This document shows, piece by piece, positions 26,101 to 32,100 of a stretch of DNA of 46,001 bases. A model generated the notes under the pieces. The model saw only the letters and a list, made by a program, of their open reading frames with translations, did no database searches and was not told the DNA's origin. How positions within the stretch are numbered: position 1 is the first letter of the stretch; each line of letters opens with the position of its first letter. The DNA lies in assembly GCF_000195975.1 (NCBI RefSeq), contig NC_005070.1:911000-957000 (forward strand). Reading direction: 5' to 3'. The stretch is from Parasynechococcus marenigrum WH 8102. Its GTDB lineage: Bacteria > Cyanobacteriota > Cyanobacteriia > PCC-6307 > Cyanobiaceae. The position numbers were made by a program, and so were the translations under genes.

Positions 26101-29100
26101 ACCAATCCCTTTGGTGATGTGTTATCAATATCTAATCTTTCCGCTTCGAATGGTACATTAATTGGCCCCGTGAATGGGGTTTATACGTTCACACCGAGTG
26201 CTAACTTTAACAGTGATCTTGGTGGTGTTGTTACTTTTAATTATTTGATTAATGATGGCCAAGGTGGCTCCATCGCTAATACTATTACAAGGACTATTGA
26301 TCCCGGCAACGACTCCCCTGTTGCTACTTTTAATACTGCACAGTTTGCCTCTGAGAATGGAGGTACTCTTACAGGCCAGTTAACTGCTACCGATATTGAA
26401 CTTTCTCGAGGTGACAATGCTGGTAAAACCCTCACTTACACTCAGACGAATACTGTTGCTGGCTTTGCTCTCGCTGTTGATGGCTCCGGTTCATTTACAT
26501 TTGATACTGCTGATACTACCTATCGTTACTTAGCACTTAACGAAACACTTACGCTTACTATTAACTATCAGGTTACAGACGAGGTTCTTGGTACTAATTT
26601 TGGTAGTTTAACAGCTCAGGACCTCGCAAACACTAAAGGTTCTTTCACGATCACTCTGACTGGTTCGAATGACGATCCTTATGCAGTAGGCGGTGCCTTG
26701 GCTGCTCTTACGCCGGGAACGGAAGATACGACGTCTACCTTCACCATTGCAGACTTGACTCAAGGCTATGCTGATTATGATACCTCTGATGTTTTAACTG
26801 TTCAATCACCTACTGCCTATAAGGTTGTTGACGGTGTGACCACTGACGAGATTGTTGGCTCCTTTACTCCTAACCTTGTCAATAATATTCTGCAAAGCTA
26901 TACCTACCAGCCATCTGCCAATTTTACCGGTAATTTAGAAGTCAAATATGTTGTCTCTGATAGTAAGGGGCCCGGTATCGCAGGTTCGTCAACTCTTGTC
27001 ATCAACGCGGTGAATGACACGCCTGTACCGACGTTTGCCTTCAACCAGTCCGCATCGGAGGCTGGTGCTGTCGTGACTGGTCAATTAACTGCGGACGATA
27101 CTGAAATTACTACAGGCGAACAAGCAGCTACTTCCCTTACTTATTCATTAGTTGGAGATGCTATTGCAGGTCTCACCATTGCCGCCGATGGACAATTCAC
27201 CTTTGATCCTACGAATGCTGCGTATGAGTATTTGGCGAACGGTGAAGAGCAGGTAATTACGGTTAATTACCGAGTCACGGACCCTGGCAATTTGTTTGCT
27301 GATAAGTCATTTACTATTACTATTAATGGTACAAATGACAATGTTGTTGTTGATTTGAACGCAATCGCGACTCTTGCTGCAGCAACAGAAGATACTGCTT
27401 TCGTTGTCAGTATTGATCAGCTTTTACAGGGCTTCAGTGATGTAGATACCTCAGATGTTTTGGTCGTTCAGGGTCTGACCGCATTTAAGGCTAATGCTGC
27501 TGGCACTGCTCTCGATGAAGTTGCAGGTACTCTCACTCGTGTTGAGACCAATGGTGTGCTTACTGGATATCAATTCACGCCAGTCGCCAACTACAACGGT
27601 AATGTTGCACTGAAGTACACTGTTGTTGACGGCAATGGTTCTGATATCGCTGGCTCACTTGTTCTCAACGTGAATGCAGTTAATGATATTCCTGTCCCGT
27701 CCTTTGGTATCAATCAGGTTACATACGAGGCCGATACATTGGTTACCGGCCAATTAACTGCTGATGATATTGAGATTGGTACTGGTGAGCAACTTGCAAC
27801 ATCTCTGATTTATACGTTATCCGGAAATGCAATTCCTGGCTTTGCTATTGCCAACGATGGGGCTTTCACCTTTGATCCCACGAATCCTGCGTATGAGTAC
27901 TTGGCTGCTGGTGAAGAGCAGGTGATTACGGTCAATTACCGTGTAACTGATGCCGGCGGATTGTTTGCTGAAAAGAACTTTACCTTCACCGTTAAGGGTA
28001 CGAACGACGATCCTGTCGTTGACTTGGGTGCCATCGCGGCCCTTGCAGCTGCAACTGAGGATACGCCTTACACTGTGAGTGTTGATCAGCTTTTACAAGG
28101 CTTTAGTGATGTTGATACTTCAGATGTTTTGGTCGTACAAGGCCTCACGGCGTTTAAGGCCGATGCTGCTGGAAATGCACTTGATGACGGTGCTGGCACT
28201 ATTTCTCGCGTAGAGGTCAATGGTGTTCTTACTGGGTATCAATTTACTCCTCTTGATAATTACAATGGTAATGTAATACTTAAATATACCGTCGCTGATG
28301 GTAATGGCCCTGGAAGAGCTGGATCCTTGCCCCTTATTGTTAATGCTGTCAATGATCTGCCTGTTCCCACCTATGATACAAATTTGGTTAATACAGAAGG
28401 TAACGAATTAGTCACTGGCCAGTTAACCGCAGTTGACAACGAGATTATTACTGGCGAGCAACTTCCAACTTCACTGACTTATACACTGTCTGGCAATGCA
28501 ATACCGGGACTGACTATTGCTGCAGATGGGGCGTTTACCTTTAATCCTCAGGATGCTGCTTATGACTATTTGGCATTTGGTGAGGAGCAGATAATTAATG
28601 TTAACTATAGAGTAACTGATGCTGGAGCTTTGTTTGCTGAGAAGACCTTTACCATTACTGTTAAGGGTACAAATGATGATCCCGTTGTTGATGTTAACCA
28701 AACTGTAGCACTAGCTGCTGCCACCGAAGATACCGAGTACTTAATTACAACCGCTGATCTTCTCGCGGGTTATAGCGATGTTGATACAACAGATGTTTTG
28801 ACTGTTGAATCACTCGTTGTATACAAAGCTGATAATGCTGGACTTCCTACTACCGAGTTAGGAGGTTCCGTGACGCCTGTTGTTGTGAATGGTGTTACAA
28901 CTGGTTATAATCTTCTGCCTGCTGATGATTATTTTGGTGATGTTGTTGTCACCTATATTGTCTCGGATGGCAATGGGCCTGGAGTACCTGCTACCTCGAC
29001 TATTACTGTCAACCCTGTAGTTGACGTTCCTCGTGTAGGTAATCTAGGTGAAAAGGGATTGAATTTAGGTCAAACACCTGAGGATACTCCTACTACCTTC

Positions 29101-32100
29101 ACCACTGCTGATTTGTTAGCAGGCTTTACTGATCCCGATGGCTTCGAATTGACGATTAAGCCTGATTCTGTGACAAACGCCTATTCCACGATTACTTTGG
29201 AAGGTGATACCTATACCTTTACACCTAATCTAAATTTCTCCGGTTCGACTCAAATTGATTTTACAGTTGTCGATGCTGCTGGTAATGAGGTTCCATTTTC
29301 AAAATTTATCGATGTTATTGAAGTTAATGATCCGCCTTCGATCACTCTTGATCGCGATGCATTGGATTCCGATTATAAGTCTAAGACATATTTGATTCCG
29401 TTTGAGCAGATTTTCGCTGTTGTTCCAGCTAATCCAGTGGTTGAGCTTATTGATCCTGATTTATCTATTACAACTCAAGTCGTTGGTGATTCACTGAGTA
29501 TTGAAATTCCTGCTGCCTATACTGAGGACGTCTCATTTATGTTTGGTGATACCGTTGTTGATCCAAACTCTTTATTTACGTTAGACGTACTTAGACCTTT
29601 ACAGGTTTCTGACCGTAATGTTGTAGCTGGTTTTGAACGCTTCTTTGCCTTATCTGATTTTGGATTCGGTGATGTTGAAGGTTTGCCTTTACAGTCTGTT
29701 CTGATTCAGGTGCCTGATACATCTCTTGGTACTATTCGTGTTGGTTCGGGTAACTTTGACACCGACACTGAGAATGTGATTCAGCTCACCCCACTCGCTT
29801 CTAGTGATTTCAACCAATCAAATGTTTTTGAGGTTACACGGGAACAAATTGAGACCGGTAGTGTTTATTTTGTTGCCAATCCTTCTCCACTAAATGCTGG
29901 CAAGTCTGCTGATCTTGAATTCATAGTAAAAGATGAGAGTGGTGATCTGTCAACACTCCCAGGTCTGCTTAGAATTACTATACAAGAGGCACCAGAATCT
30001 GTCCAAGATTTTATTGCTAATTCAACTTACGAACCTATTTTCGATGCCGAGCTTGGACTTAATCGTTTTGACTCTGTTGACACCATAATCTCTTCTATAG
30101 GTATAACTCGTGACGAAGCCTTGTCTGTTATACGTTCTACTTTGCCTATTCGCACTGCGGCCAATAGCTTTGATGCCAGTGTAGAGACTCCTTTCAGTTA
30201 TGTAACCCAAAATGAGGTTGAATATCGGTGGGATATTGGAGCATTTGACATCTTTGAATATGATTTCACCAGTAACACGCAAACCCTGGTTCTCGACTTC
30301 GCTTCTTTAACAATTGATTCCGACCTATACCAACATTTTGCCGACCTCTATACCTATTCATTAGCTAATGATCTTGATAATGCTTATTTGGCTAGTAAAC
30401 TTGTTGAGTTAATTCCTGGTTCTAATGACCGGCTCAATAAGATTGAAGATGCATTTTCTCTTTCTAATTACGATGATATATATAGCTATTTGACCGCTTC
30501 TGGCAGGAACGGACCTGAGCTACTTGATATTACTACTGATAATACCCAGAAGCAGTTTGTTCGTTTGTACTCTGCTATTGCTTCTTCACCTATTCTTTCT
30601 AATACCTTTAATGAAGGTCGTGATCTACTTGTCCAGAGTGTTCTGGATCTTATTAATCCCCCTTCTCCATTACCCAACCGACTTGTTGATAATCTGAACG
30701 ATCTTTTTACTGAGAAGACTAGTTCTTTAGCCTCTTCTTTTGTTCTGCCCTCTGGTATTGCATTGTCTCCTGAAGGTTTAGATAGATTAAACCGAGTTAC
30801 AAATTTGGTAGGTACGGGTGGTTCTTCTGACTTGTTAGCAGCCTCTGAATTTTCTACTAATACCCCTCAGCTATTAAATACTCTTAGTGACCAAAATATT
30901 ATCTCTGATACAGGGTCTCTTTTGAATAATTTTGGGCAGCCTGTATTGAGTGACGGTGAACCGCTTATTATCTCTGACTACCAATCATTGGTTAGTTCTT
31001 TTGTTGATACAAATCTCACTACATTTTCCGACGACTTCCTTGAGAATGATTCTATCTCGGGCGAATTAGCGCGTAACATTGTCCTCAATGAGATTTCTGA
31101 ACGAGTTGTTCAGGCTGCTGATTCATCTACGGTACCGGAAGTTATTAGTTCTACTCTAAATAATCTACTTGCTGCTGCCTTGCAGTTAGATCCTGTTGCT
31201 GAGGACGCTAAAACTGAGTCGAATCGTCTTCTTAAGATGGCTCTGAGTGTTGATTCTTTGGTTGAGCAGCGTCCCCTTTATGAAGTAGACGAGGCCACAG
31301 GTCAGCCCAAAACTGTTTTTGACCCGAGATCGAATACTGATGTGTTTGTTGTTAATGAGGAAAATCAGGCCTTTTATAATGCTGCACTTGAGCAGCAAGA
31401 TGTTTTACAGGCAGATTATGTTGGTCTTACCTTAGAGCAGTGGAAGGATATTGATAACCAACCTAATTCTGCTAAAGTTAAAGCTGACCGTATTAACGCT
31501 GTTAAGATAGGAATCTCTTATGCTGATTATCTTAATTTTGCGAACTTAAATCCTCTTGACTCTGAGGTTTGGTCTATTTATCCTTTTGTTGGTTACGTTG
31601 AGGCAGGTACATTTGATTCTGATGACTTCTTAGTTGTTGATAATCTCTTTGTTGACCCACAGGCAGCTCTCAATAATCTTATCTCAAGTGGGATTAACAA
31701 AGGTGTCAGCTTTGATGACTTCTCAAGTCTTCTCTTTAATCAGCCAATTTACACACCAAGTACAGTATCGTCTGATTCTGGTGCTGAGATTACACGTGCA
31801 GATGCTATTACATATGCCTCTACTGATCCATCCAGTGCTCTTTATATTGCCGCAATGGACTCTAATTTCCAGGAGGGTAATGTTATTAAGGCATATAAGA
31901 CTACCAACCCCAACCCTTACAAATTTACTATTGAGGATTTTGATGACGCTAATTTACTTACCGATGGCCTTCAAGTTAGTTATCTTGTAAACTATACATA
32001 TGGTGATTTAGCTGTCGGTGATTCTGGTTATACCTTTAATGTTGCTTCTGGTTATTCACCAGATCTTGTTGGTCATGACTTAGATGAGTTTAATTTGGCC

